64,000 bases of DNA from Selaginella moellendorffii (GCF_000143415.4 NW_003314363.1:557400-621399); one strand, 5' to 3'; shown: positions 11,439 through 23,749, counted from the stretch's first letter. Notes: generated by a model not told the origin, from the sequence alone. Translations and numbers: made by a program.

Positions 11439-12620
11439 ATGGCGGAGAGCGGCGATGGAGTAGGAGGTGGAGGCGCCGCGACGCCCTTCGACGCCGCTCA
11501 CGTCGCCGAGGTCAAGGCATGGATCACCAGCACTTTCGAGGCGGTGAATCGAGAGGTACCGGCATTCGAGTACACGCCGCGCACCGTCGCGCATCTCCAC
11601 GGCCTGGCAACCCTATCGCAGAATCGCACGCAGGTAGTGGGGATTGTGGCGGCCGATCTGCGGCAGAAGGCAGCGGAGTTTCGAGCGGAAGGTGCGTGTG
11701 CGTAGATCACATTTTCTGGAAGTCCCGATCGCGATGATCTTTGCTTTGGTACTAGCTGCCAGAGTGAGGGAAATTCTGGACTGCGCGGGCTTGGCGCAGG
11801 AGAATTTCTCGCAGAGTGGAGTGGCTGCCGCTCAGACGCTTGCAACAGCCGCCCATTTGCTGGATCTTAAAGACACCGAGACCGGAAGGTTGGAACTTTG
11901 TTTTCTTTTTTACAAGCTTGTTTCAAAACACCATGCTTGCTTACAGCTTCTTGATAGCCATGGCGGACCTCTCCCTTAAGAAAACCGACATTGAAGAGAA
12001 GCGCGCGGCGGTAAAGAAAGAGTCGAAAATGCTCCTCGACAACACGCGAAAAGCCATTTCCAGATTGACATATCTAAAGAGGTGGTGTTCTCGTGTCCTT
12101 GAGGTTTATATCAGTTCTTATTGCCTTTCTTTTTCTCCTAGAACTCTTGGACAGCTCGAAGAGGAAGTGGCCGCACGAGATGGACTCATGGGACAGTGGG
12201 AGACAAACCTAAAGGTGATGGCCTCCAAAGAGCGCCAATACTTGCAACAGCTTGCCAACTACAAGGTAGTGTCACTTCTGTCTGGAAAAAGTTCCAACGC
12301 CTTTTGCTTTCTTTTCTTTACAGGCAATCCTTTGCCGTGTTGGATACACACCCGAGATCAGCCACGGCGTGTTAATGCAAATGGTTGAGCACCGAAAGGA
12401 CCTGGAGAGAAAAACAAAGCCAATCCTCGACACCCTGCGGAGCTACCAGGATTTGCCGCCGGTAAGAGCCTCAGCTGTCCATGTTCTCAAAATCAATGCG
12501 CTTTGCCAGGACAAAGCTCTCGCCGAGCTCGCGATTGAAGACAAGCGAAGAGAGTACGAGACCGCGGAGAAGCATCTCGAAGAGGCGCTCCAGTCGGCCT
12601 TAAACACAACAAATGACTAG
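11439..12620 (+). CDS. AUG1: Augmin/HAUS complex subunit 1 (6 exons)
   Basis: EVKAWITSTFEAVNREVPAFEYT, ARVREIL, SFLIAMADLSLKK and PILDTLRSYQDLPP/DKALAELAIEDKRREYETAEKHLEEALQSAL match plant AUG1 as I recall it. Confidence 0.92.
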
Positions 12621-12954
12621 CGCGGACTTGCGGGGTATCTCGTTTGTTTTCACTCTTCTGTACCGATTTCATGATTCCAGGCAGATCACGCAGAGCTTTT
12701 ATACGCTCTAAGTCACGATCATCCAGCAGGACAACTTCACGCTCTCTGATCTCGACTCTCAGCAACTGGATCAAACTTTATGAGAGTTTGCGCTATCGAG
12801 CTCGACACCTGTTCTTCCTTCTGGGTGATAAAGCGGAGCGCACTAAAAATCTCCATTTTGCTTTTCCCAGGCCTCGAAAGTCGGTGCGTGGCCGCTGCTT
12901 TCTTCGCGTCGTCGCTCCCCTCATGATCGCCTGGTAAAAGGCCATGGCCGTGTC

Positions 12955-12962
12955 CACGTGGC
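12955..12962 (+). promoter_or_regulatory. G-box/ABRE (CACGTGGC) upstream of LTPG
   Basis: Exact motif about 185 bp upstream of the ATG. Confidence 0.4.
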
Positions 12963-13140
12963 GCCGTGCCATTAGTGGCAGTCAACGGCACCAGGCATTT
13001 CCCCCGGATTGCCGGCCATGTCATAAGCCCCGCGCATTCAAAAGAGTGGAAGAGGAGAGAGAGAGTGAGAACTAGGAGGAGGAAGAAGAAGAGGCGTTGC
13101 GCTTAGATCCCAGAGAAGAGAGGAAGAGAGCAAGAAGACG

Positions 13141-13806
13141 ATGGGATCGAGCGCGGCGTGGATTTGCGCGCTGCTCGTGGCGGCGGCGCTGATCGGGGAG
13201 GGGAATGGGCAGCCCGCGGCGGCGGTGGATTGCACGTCCCAGCTCGCGCCGGTGGCGCCGTGCCTGGATTACGTCCAGGGCAATGGTAAGACGCCATCCT
13301 CGGATTGCTGCAAAGGATTGTCGTCGCTGGTGACCACCAGCCCCGTGTGCCTGTGCCAGCTCTCCGAGGGCAAGCTCAATCTCTCGGCGCTGGGCGTCAC
13401 CGTGGATATGAAGCGAGCGCTCAGCCTCCCCACGGTTTGCAAGATCAAGGGCGCCGATCGGAGCCGGTGCGCGGGTAAGCTTTCCATTCCATTCTCTGTT
13501 GCGGAGCTCGAATCTCATTGTGTTTCTCTCGTTCTTCCAGCGATTCTAGGAACTCCAGCTGCAGCTCCTCAGGGTAAATCCATGGTTTCTCGGCGATAGA
13601 TCGTACTGACATTGCGTTTCTCTGTTTTTGTTGTGGCTCTAGCCGCGGGGCCTGGGCCGGCTATGGTGTCCGGGAGCGAGACGGGGTCTCCGGGAGCTGG
13701 ATCTGGTGCAGCCTCGACGCCCACAGGAGCAGCAACAATGGCGACTTCTTCCGGGACATTGATCCTCGCAGCAGCAGCTCTGTTGGCGTGGAAATGGACC
13801 TCATAG
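13141..13806 (+). CDS. GPI-anchored non-specific lipid transfer protein (type G), 176 aa; exons 13141-13474, 13541-13573, 13643-13806
   Basis: Signal peptide, 8-Cys motif (C..PCLDYV..CC..CLC..C..C), Pro/Ala/Ser/Gly linker and a hydrophobic C-terminal GPI signal. Both phase-1 introns splice in frame. Confidence 0.92.
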
Positions 13807-14128
13807 AGCGATGCAGCGACTGATCCGCGAGCGAGCGAGTAGAGACAGCTATGGATTCGTCGTGATGGTTTTTGGGTCTTTGTTTTTCCTTCCTTCTAGC
13901 CATAGCCATAGCAGCAGCAGCTGATTGATTGATTGATTGATCGCACCATTCCACTCTACGTGTTTTGTTCATCCGCCTGTCGCTGTTCTATATCAGATAA
14001 TCGCGCTCCGTTGTCCGTGCTGATTTTTAAATACCACCGACCCAAGCACGCAAGCAGCCCGTGAGATCTGTCCACTATCACCCTGTTTTTAGGGTTCCTC
14101 AATGGTTCATGCAATTCAAAAATCTCGT

Positions 14129-15704
14129 TTACAATCCCAAATTAGGGTTCTTGCTTGTGACAATGCCATCGTTCCCCGCGAGGACGCGATACTTGTCCTT
14201 GCGCGTGAGAGTGGTACACTGGTAGCCCATGGCGTCCGCGATTAGCCGCTGGACGTGGTTGGCGACGTCGTGGCTGCTCCGTCCCCCGCCGCCGCATGTT
14301 TGATCCGGTGGGAGCTGCTCCAGGAATTCCATCTCGTACCTCACGGCCGGATTCATGAAGAAGAAGAGGAAATCCAGGCACTTCCACCCGCGTGCGCTGG
14401 TGCCGTGGAAGACCGGCATGGTAGTCGCCAGGGAGACTGGGACGATGGTGTCCGTGAGCTCTGCGAAGAGGGCGCTGAAGCGCAGCAAGCAGGGCTGGCG
14501 GCACGTCGTGCCCTCGGGGCATACCGCCAGGTGGCCCTGCGCGAGCAGCCGCGTCATGCTGCGGGCGTCTCGGTCCTTGCAGCGCGTGAGCCGCGCGGTG
14601 CGTATCGGGGAGAAGAGCTCGGACACCCGGCTGAGGCTGTAGGTGACGGCCGCGACGGCCTGGCCCATCACGAAGGAGATGAAGACGGGGTCGAGAAGCG
14701 TACGGTGGGAGAGGACGAAGAGGACGCCCCGCTGGGAGGGCTGGAATATCCGCGGCGGGAGACGCCCCCTGACGCGTACAGACACCCCGAGGAGGTGCTC
14801 GACGGGCAGCGCGACGCGCTTGGGGAGGCAGATACCCAACAGGATGCGAGTGATCGCGAGCGGGATCGCGAAAGGGAGCCAGAGGAGGATCGTGAGCGCC
14901 CAGAGAGGGGTCGGCCTGTGAACGAGCCTACCGTCGTGGAAGATGAGCGGCGGCGCGGAGATCTTTGCCTGCTCGCCATCGCCATCGTGATCCCTCACAA
15001 TGTAAGCCTTCTGCGCGATCAAATCCATCCAATACACCATCAGTCTCGATCCAAAGACGACGAAATCTTACCTTGCAGAGCTCCGCGAAGGAGTCGGACC
15101 CAATGCCTATATCCGGGCTGTTAAGCTCCTTGACCGCGCGGTACCTCTCCCGTCCCCGCGGTATGCCGCGGACCAGCCCAGTGTACCACCCGCCGCGCGT
15201 CACGTGCAGCTCGCTGCCCAGCACGTGCTCGGTCTCCAGGAAGCTCTTTGCGAACGACTCCACCATGACGCGCGGTAGGGACGTGACGACGTACCGCCGG
15301 TCACACGTCGCAAAGACGCGGTGGACGCCGCGGTGCACGTCGTCAAGAAAGGCCTTTGGCAGTACCGCGCGGGCGACGCATCGTACCGCCGCGTCGCGCA
15401 GCCCCGCGAACGTCACAAAGGCGTACAGCCGGATGTCCGCATCGCGGCATTGGAGGATGTGGGTGAGGATCCAGACGATGGGGAAGGAGGCGAGGAGGAG
15501 GAGAGCTCTGAGAGGACTCCCGGCCTCGAGCGCGACGAGGAAGAAGTATGGAAATGTAGAGCTTGATCGGAGAAGGCCGCCCTCGAGGAGCGATACCACT
15601 CGCTGCTCGGGCCGGGCGTCGGCCGTGTCGATAGGATCAAAGAGGCGAGCTCCATCGGCGTCGGCGTTCTCGGTGGTGGATTTCCGGAGCTGGACGTAGA
15701 TCAT
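14129..15704 (-). CDS. GPAT: sn-2 GPAT, GPAT1-3-like with degenerate HAD phosphatase (GPAT-C), 504 aa; exons 15704-15072, 15010-14129
   Basis: [17 protein letters not shown] and LTRKDKY are intact. The DxDGT motif is replaced by LLEGG and GDxxxD by GSDSFAE. Same intron position after LCK. Confidence 0.92.
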
Positions 15705-16194
15705 CTTGGAAGAACTCGAGTGAGAGTGAGTGCTCGGGGATGCACGAAACGCTCTAAGATCTTGGTGATGGAAGAAGATCAAAGCACTGCTTGGTGATGG
15801 AAGATCTTTGAGGTTGGAAAACTCTAGAGATTATATAGCAGCCGCGGGAGATTCCGCCACCACCACCACGACGATACCACTAGAACTTGGAACGACTCAT
15901 TCCAGATCACGAGAGAGGAGCATGGGGGGGGGGATTGGATTTGGAGGATGCGTGGCTCTCGTCCCGCCGAAGTTGCGCCACTACAAAGTGGATCTGGAGG
16001 AGAAGGTTTGTAAAGGGGGGACTCGAAAAATCCCTTGGTTGGTAGTGAAAGTGCTTGAGTCGTGGAAATCTTTTCCCTAGATCAATGGTGAAAAGGGCGA
16101 AAGGAAACAAAATCCCGACACCATGTGTCTCGCCATTAATGCCGCATTATATCGGTTTCTAGGGTTTTGGTAGGGTTTTTCTTTTAGGGCTTTG

Positions 16195-17748
16195 ATGGCG
16201 GAGGAGGAGCTCTCGCGCCTGGCGCTGGACGAGGAATCCGACAGCGATGAGGAGGGGGAGGTGGAATTAGGTTTCGTCCAAGCGCCAGAGGCGCCATGGA
16301 TGCTTCGGCGCCAGCATTTTCCCTGTAAAGCTGGCGGAGCGGCGGTAAAAGAAGCTCTTGTTTCTGTGCTGCCTCGCATGTGAAGGGATTCAAGGCGGGC
16401 GCGTCTTGTTTTGTCCTTTTTTAAAGGAGTGAGTGATTGTGGTGGTTTGATTGGCAGGCTTGGCTCGATGCTGACAGCGTCCCGAGGACTCCAGATTCGT
16501 GCTGTGATTTTTGCGAGGAGCCTCTCCGTTTTTTGCTTCAGGTATTGATTGGAGCTTGATTTGTTCTAGATTCGTTTGGTTGTGCAGATTTATGCTTCGC
16601 TGGAGGAGAGGAGCGATACGTTTCATCGAACGCTCTTTATGTTCATGTGCTCGAAGATGGAGTGCTTGAGAAGAGATCAAGCCGAGCAGAAGAAGCCCGC
16701 GCAGTCGTCTTCGAGAAGGTAGTTTTTTCTTTCGACGTCGAGCTTTCCGTTGTTTTAAAATTTTCTATTGCAGTGTGAAGGTCTTTCGATCGCAGCTTCC
16801 GCTTAAGAACATTTTCTACTCCGATACGCCGTCCAGAGGGAAGAATGATCGTCCTTTGACGACTGGAGGTACAAAGTATTGATGTTCTCCCGCCTAACAT
16901 GAACTTTTTGTAGTGGATCTCTGTACGTGGTGTCGTACATGGAGAGGCGAAAAAGTCTGTGGAGGGTGTAAGACAACAAGATACTGCTCTCGCCAACATC
17001 AGGTGCATACCTACTTTCGCTTAATTGACATTGTCAGTGTTGGACATGCTATTCTCCAGGTAGAGCACTGGCGCGCTGGTCATTCCTCTTCATGCAAAAC
17101 TCAGGCACCTGTGCCAACGAATAACTCGAGCAATAACTTATGGCCCGAAATGGAGATAGTACTGGGTGAAGAAGAACGAGATGAAGAAACTGGAAACACT
17201 CTTCCAATCGTACCCGCTAACCAGTCTCTTGCCTTGAACGCAGAGCTTCAAGGCTTTGAAGAGGTCTGTCACTTAGTTCCTAGAGTTTCTTACCCTGAAC
17301 TCTGAATCGCAGGCATCTGGAGAGAAACAGTGCTGGGCAAACTTTCAAGCACGTATACAAAGAGCCCCAAGTCAAGTGCTCAGGTTTGGATTATGAGTTC
17401 CATCTGTTTCTTGTGTGTTGAATTGCCACACTTCAGATACTGTCGGAACAAAAATGCCAAAGTGTTGTGGATGAGACCGGACGATCAGCCTACGGCCGTG
17501 GATATCTCACCTTGTCAACTTTGTGGAGGACCTCGCATCTTTGAGTTCCAGGTGTGCATGTGTCATGAGTTGCCTGTGTTAATCCCGAATTTTGATTCCA
17601 GGTTCTGCCGCAGCTTCTCTATTACTTTGGAGTAGATAACGAGCCGGATTCCCTTGACTGGGCCACGGTTGCGGTTTACTCGTGTTCTAACTCTTGCGAA
17701 GTGGAAGGCTACGCCCGAGAGTTCATTTGGGTTCAGCTTCCGATCTGA
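16195..17748 (+). CDS. PDCD2: Programmed cell death protein 2 (PDCD2/TSR4 family, zf-MYND plus PDCD2_C), multi-exon
   Basis: VELGFV...FPCKAGG, MYND finger CTWC...CGGCKTTRYCSRQHQ/VEHW, and C-terminal QVLRYCR, PCQLCGGPRIFEFQ/VLPQLLY, LDWATVAVYSC...EFIWVQ. Confidence 0.92.
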
Positions 17749-18627
17749 AGAAGCAAGTGACTTTAACTTCGAAAGGAGAAACTTGCCAGATATGATCTTA
17801 CGTTGAATTTTATCTCCCTTAACTCTTTCGCAGGGAAAACCACTATGGTTTCGATGCACGTTTTCATTTTTCTTTTCCAGCAAGGTGACGCATAAGTCAC
17901 TCCGCAGTCTCAGGTTCCCAAGCAGTCAATCGACGCGGTCTCCAAAGCAATCAGAAGACAACTATGTCGAATCTTGTTGCTGGTGCTTGGGAAGTATCAT
18001 CAACATTTGGCCAAGTTGATGTCTCAGAACGGAGAACCTTCGGCAGACGTCCAGATTTTATCAAAACTAGCTTTTGTCTATGTCGTTTATTATAATTTGG
18101 CTTCAATTAGCTGGCTGAGCTTCACACATCCAAGTCCATCACGACCACGAAGACAAATATCTACCGTATTTGTTTCTCACTCTTCTTTCCAACCATGAAA
18201 CAACCTACAACAGCAATGTTGATCTAGCAATTTGACGCAGTCGAAAACACTTTGCTCGAGTAAAGCGGGAGGTTTTCTCGATCATCTATCTACTATTTGA
18301 GATCCCAGGACTTCAACTACCAAAACATGGCTGGATTCACGTTCACAAATCCAGCGCATGCTTTACCACCTGTGCATTGCAACCCATCTACAACATAACT
18401 TCAAGTGGATCCAAGCGCGCCTATAAGAACACAAAAGCTTTGGTGTTACCACCCCGTCTTCCCAGGCTGAATCGTTTACACCATTTGCTCTCCCGAATCC
18501 AGAAACTTAACATCCAAAGGCCTCCAACGCCGATGAGGGCCGGCCTTGAGTGTGATCGTGGAAATGGGAGTGATTCATTCTTTAGACTACCTTCGGGAAT
18601 TTAGAAATTTATGTAAGTTGAGAGTAA

Positions 18628-20693
18628 CTACAAAGTTTCCCAGTTGCCGTTTGGCATATCTTTTTGAAATGATATCCATCCGTCACCTTCCTTTCTAGTG
18701 TATGATACCTGGAAAAGCTTTAAACCAGACTTCAACATAATCATTAAAATTTCATCACGAAGTCTGGGGAGGAAGAGCAATTTTTCTAATTCTGCTTCTT
18801 TTGCATCTTCCTGTACCATTAAGATATATCAAAATTACAACACGTCAACAAAATCATTAAACGAACCTCATCTTCCGTTCCAAAAGGCGGGCATGGTTCA
18901 AAAGGTGTGACAGGCTCGAGCAAAACAGGGATGTAACATCCAATGACCGCAACCTTGTCGGTGCGCAGCTCCCACGGTAAATCGTCTTTGTCATCACGTC
19001 TATTTGACCGCTTTGTTTTAGCCAAGAGATGCTACAAAAAGAAATACTTTGTGAACAGTTGTTAAATCTAATCTAGAGCATACCTCTTGCTTTTGTTGTT
19101 TGCTTTTAAGCCATTGTTGTGCATCCACAGTGCTTGTAAAGATATTTTCCACGGGAAGTTTGCTCCTCCACAAGGTCTCAAAGCCTCTTAAGTACAGTGG
19201 TGGCACTTCGCTGAAAATCAACTCAGGATTGGGGGTGAACTCCATCATCATTTCTCCGACGAGTGTCCTGGCCCTTGAAAGGGCATCCCCTGCGTACACC
19301 CGCTCCACGAAAGCACCCTGAAAGTGAAAGAGTCTTACTATCACGAAGAACAATTAATGTACCAATAGCTTTCGGAACATGAAACACACTGATGTTCTTC
19401 CAAAGCTTGTAATGGAAACGATGAGCTGTACAAGCCTGTGACTTCCTTTAACTTTAGTCCCTGGAAAAGATTAAAACTCAAAGATATCAATAATAAACAA
19501 GTTATGACACTTACTCTGGATGTAGCTTAGAGAATCTAGAGTTTTTTTATCTATCCGTTTTATGGATATATATTGTATTGTGCGCTTGCAGCTGGTTGCA
19601 AGCTCTGTGACCAACATATTAAAACAGTTAGCTAAGAAAAACAAGAATTTTACCGAGCGTTTTTGTGATCTTGAAACCCCAAGTAGATTTAAGAACTTGA
19701 GGTTGCTTTTTTGCATCCTGTAAATTACACATCAAGGAATGCAACGCAAAATCAAATTCTTACCCATTCCATCAATGAAGCAAGTGTTGCTTTAGCTTTA
19801 GCTAAAGCAACACGTCGCAATATATCATCCCACCGTCCTAAGATATCAGCCGAACGGCCGATTCTTCGAGACTCCATTAGAGGGATTTTCCCGTCACTCA
19901 CAGTAAATGTTAACGTTCCTCGCAGCAGGGGTTCCTCACGGAAACACGGATCAAGAACCTACAGGACAGTTTCACGTAAAAAGCAGCTTATAACCTTCAA
20001 ACTCACCACTAATTCGTTGCTATCAAAAACGCCAAACGTTACAGTGATAGGTAGCTGCTGTACCTTGACCATGAACTGGGACAAGAGAAATATGTAAGAA
20101 CCTTAGAAAAATTGTTCATAGTGAATCCTTACCTCTGCCTCTCGTCTCTGAAAGGAGAGTATGGCCGCCAAAACAGCAATATTGGCACCATCAATCACAT
20201 TCCTGCAAAAACACAAAACAATTCAATGCCTAGAAAGGAAAATAAAAAACAAGAAGAGCATTACCCGCCCTGATGTCTAACCCAGATTGCAATGCGTAAG
20301 CTTTTTCCTGGCATAGCGCAGACACACTCACTGCAAAACTGTGTGAACAAATATAGCTCCGTTTTGCACATAGAAAATACCTCAACAAGCAAGTAATCTT
20401 TCTTGACAGCTCTTCCGGCCCAATGTCGAGTGGAGGCTCATCAAACTCAGTATGCACATTGAAGAACGGATGAACCGATTCAACACTCGCACTCACAGAA
20501 GCTTGGATTACAGATGTCCCCAGGTAGATGACACCAGTCCTAAAAAAAAAACGATCTATCAATCACTGAGCTCTCAAATTTCGGACTTTTACTTGGATGG
20601 AAAGATTATTAGTCGCCGGGCATCAAAAGGACCGCGGCCGTCATAGCGAACCCACGCTGGAGCTGCTGCCCGTGCCAGCGGCGTAGTAGCCAT
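18628..20693 (-). CDS. Divergent exosome RNase PH subunit RRP45/CER7-like protein with a long unrecognised C-terminal extension (12 exons, about 500 aa)
   Basis: Manual splicing gives a continuous frame: VRYDGRGPFDARR, VIYLGTSVIQASV, ECVCAMPGKSLRIAIWVRHQGGNVIDGANIAVLAAILSFQR, LPITVTFGVF and VLDPCFREE, collinear with RRP45 motifs. Six further exons follow in frame to TAG at 18630-18628. Confidence 0.75.
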
Positions 20694-20876
20694 CGCTCGG
20701 ATTTCCGATGCGCTCGTACGCGCTGTGCTGCTGTCGCGCAATCTCGTTTGCTTCTCGACCATATCAAAAGCCCTAATACATTGCCAAGTGTCCGTGGTCT
20801 CCCGAGCTAGACGCCGACGGCTTTGATATACATATCTCGCCGAAACCTAAGAATACTGGAAGATCCATAAGCCCTC

Positions 20877-21734
20877 GCGCGCTGGTCATTCCTCTTCATG
20901 CACACCTGCGCCAACGAATAACTCGAGCAATAACTTATGGCGAGAGCGAAGAACAAAGAGATGAAGAAACTGGAAACACTCTTCCCATCCTACCCGCTAA
21001 CCAGTCTCTTGCCTTAAACTCAGAGGTTCAAGGCTTTGAAGAGGTTTGTGGTTCTACCTCGAATCACAGGAAGAGAAACAGGGTTGGGCGAAATTTCAAG
21101 TACGTATACAAAGAGCCCCAAGTCAAGTGGTGACGTTTGGAGATTCCATTTATTTCTTGTGTGTTGAATTGCTACTCTTCAGATACTGTCGGAACAAAAA
21201 TTGGGATGACACCGGACGATCAGCCTGATATCTCACCTTGTCAACTTTGTGGAGGACCTCGCATCTTTGAGTTCCCGGGGTGCATGTGTTAGGAGTTGCC
21301 TGTGTTAATCCTCGAATTTTGAATGCCAGGTTCTGCCGCAGATGCTCTATTACTTTGGACAACGAGCCGGATTCCCTTGACTGGGCCACGCTTACGGTTT
21401 AATCGTGTTCTAACTCTTGTGACGTGGAAGGCTGTTCATTTGCGTTCAGCTTCCAAGCTGAAGATGCAAGGATTTCGAAAGGAGAAAATTGCCAGATATA
21501 CAGGGAAAACCACTGCGCGTTTTCATTTTCCTTTTCCAGAAAGGTGAAGCATAAGTCACTCCGCAGTCTCAGGTTCCCGAGGAGACAATCGACGCGGTCT
21601 TCAAAGCAATCATCTCCAGAAATCGTTACTATGTTGGACTTATTGTAAATGGAATCTTGTTGCTAGTACTTTGGAAGTATCATCAGCATTTCACCGGTTG
21701 TCTCAGAGACGAGTGGCGCGGAGAACCTTCGGCA
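20877..21734 (+). pseudogene. Degenerate DNA-level duplicate of the PDCD2 3' half and its downstream flank (source about 17071-18046)
   Basis: Collinear blocks (cgcgctggtcattcctcttcatgca; gagatgaagaaactggaaacactctt; agatactgtcggaacaaaaa; cataagtcactccgcagtctcaggttccc; gagaaccttcggcag) with introns retained and many small deletions. Confidence 0.92.
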
Positions 21735-21878
21735 GGCGGCAATCTCTTTTGACTTGGATATGTTGACTCGGTATGGATGGACTCGGTATGAGCACACGGG
21801 AAGATGGATCCGGGTTTTGATGCTTCAAGAGGGCAACACCTCTTTGGACAGATCCATTTCTCAACCTCGGCAGCCAAC

Positions 21879-23032
21879 ATGAAGAGAACGAGCAAGCCTC
21901 CAGCGGTGTATGCTTCGGCTGTCTTCGTATTCATACTGCTTGCGCTGGTGGTTGTTTTGGGGCCATTTGATCTTGGATTTCTGTCAGGCCAGACTCTGGC
22001 TGGTTCGTCCAGATTTTTTGCAGCCACTCCCGAGAGCCTCGCAGCCAGCAATCAATTCGTAAGTAGCAAACTAAGGTCGAACGTATATTCGCTAACTCGT
22101 TTCCTTGCATAGACCGTGGAGGAGCTGAGAGGCTTGAATCAAGTGCTACACGATGCCAAGTTTGGTGACAACACGATAATTCTCACGCATCTCAACCAGG
22201 CCTGGGCAGCAAATGGCAGCATGATCGAGATGTTCCTTCGCAGCTTTCACGAGGGGATTGGGACAGAGGAGCTGCTGGATCATCTTGTCATTGTGGCACT
22301 CGACGAGCCTTCCTTTCAGCGGTGCGTCCAAGTTCACAAGCACTGTGTTGTTCTCAAGACCGAGGGAGTGGATTTCTCGGGAGATCAAAAGAGTTACATG
22401 GCTGAGGACTACTTGAAGATGATGTGGAGAAGGATTCAGCTGCTCAGTGTCGTCCTCGAGCTCGGCTACAGCTTCGTCTTCACAGTGAGCTCGAGAAGTT
22501 TTCCATTGACTTTTGCTTGAATGACGCGTTGTTTTTATCCTTCCAGGACACTGACGTGTTGTGGTTTCGCGATCCATTCCCTCGTTTCCATGCGGGTGCC
22601 GACTTTGAAATCGCCTGCGACAGATTCAATGGCGCCGATGCCGACTTGAGCAATCCAGTGAACGGAGGCTTCCTCCACGTCGTCTCCAACAGCAAGACAA
22701 TCTCGCTCTACAAGCTGTGGTACGAATCCCGTCTCAGGTTTCCGGGCAAGCACGATCAGCACGTCTTTGACGCGATCAAACTCAGCCCGGAGTTTGGAGC
22801 TCTGGGCTTGAACGTCCGGCTCTTGGGCACGGAGTATTTCGGCGGGTTCTGCGAGAAAGCAAAGGATCTGGACGTGGTTTGCACCATGCACGCCAATTGC
22901 TGCATCGGCCTGGAGAAGAAGATGATGAACCTGGAGCTGGTTGCCGAGGGCTGGAGCTTGTATAAGCTCATGACGCCGGATCAGAGGCAACACTTCCAAA
23001 TATCTTGGAGGGCTCCAGTGAACTGCCCATGA
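21879..23032 (+). CDS. Nucleotide-diphospho-sugar transferase (GT77-like, type II membrane); exons 21879-22058, 22113-22484, 22547-23032
   Basis: N-terminal TM anchor, TIILTHLNQAWA, YLKMMWRRI, FVFT/DTDVLWFRDPF (DxD) and CTMHANCCIG. An alternative upstream ATG lies at 21804. Confidence 0.9.
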
Positions 23033-23749
23033 ATTTTTTTATCCGAGCGTGTATTATATGGATCGAAATTCTTTTTGTGAAGGACAAGTTACATGTCCGA
23101 TTAAACTTGCCCTTTAGGGGCATTTGCTGCAAACGATTTTGAAAATAAAATAGCGGTTAAACCCGGGGAGATGGGATAGTCTTATAGAGCTGAATCCCTG
23201 GATCGAGATCCTGGAAAAGCAAGGACCCTCTTCAAATCGATCACTCCTTTTCATTTTTTCTAGCATGGGCTCTCCTCTCTGTTTTCCTGTTCTTGACTGG
23301 CAATGGAGGCAATTCTTCCCATCATTTGCGCGGCAATGCCACGTGGCGTGCTTACATTTCATAGTGAATAAAAAAACAATATGTTTCAAGTGACAACCCT
23401 AGGGGTAGGGGATAGTCTTATTCCCAGGATCTTTTCTTGAATTTAGGGCTACATATATGAGATGTATCGACTTCCAACGGCCGATATCTTGATCGGCGAG
23501 AATATGCGCCGATCGCCGTGTCAACGATCCGGGCGTTGGAGGGCTAGGGTTCTAGCGGGCATCGCCGAGGGCGCAGGGGATGGTGTAGAGGGCGCCAATC
23601 CGAGAGGCATGATTTCTTGCAGTCACTGGCCGAAATCCTTGCATGAATTGGCGCGGCAGACGTAGCCGGGGGCTTCCAGGATCTGGTGAGTGTCGCGTCT
23701 AGCAGTGCATTGATCCTCCACGGACGAGATTTCCTCGGGGACTTTCCCA

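Noticed and set aside
12493-13024. Minus-strand ORF fragments between AUG1 and LTPG
   Set aside because: Split across frames with no identifiable family; they overlap a 3' UTR and a promoter.
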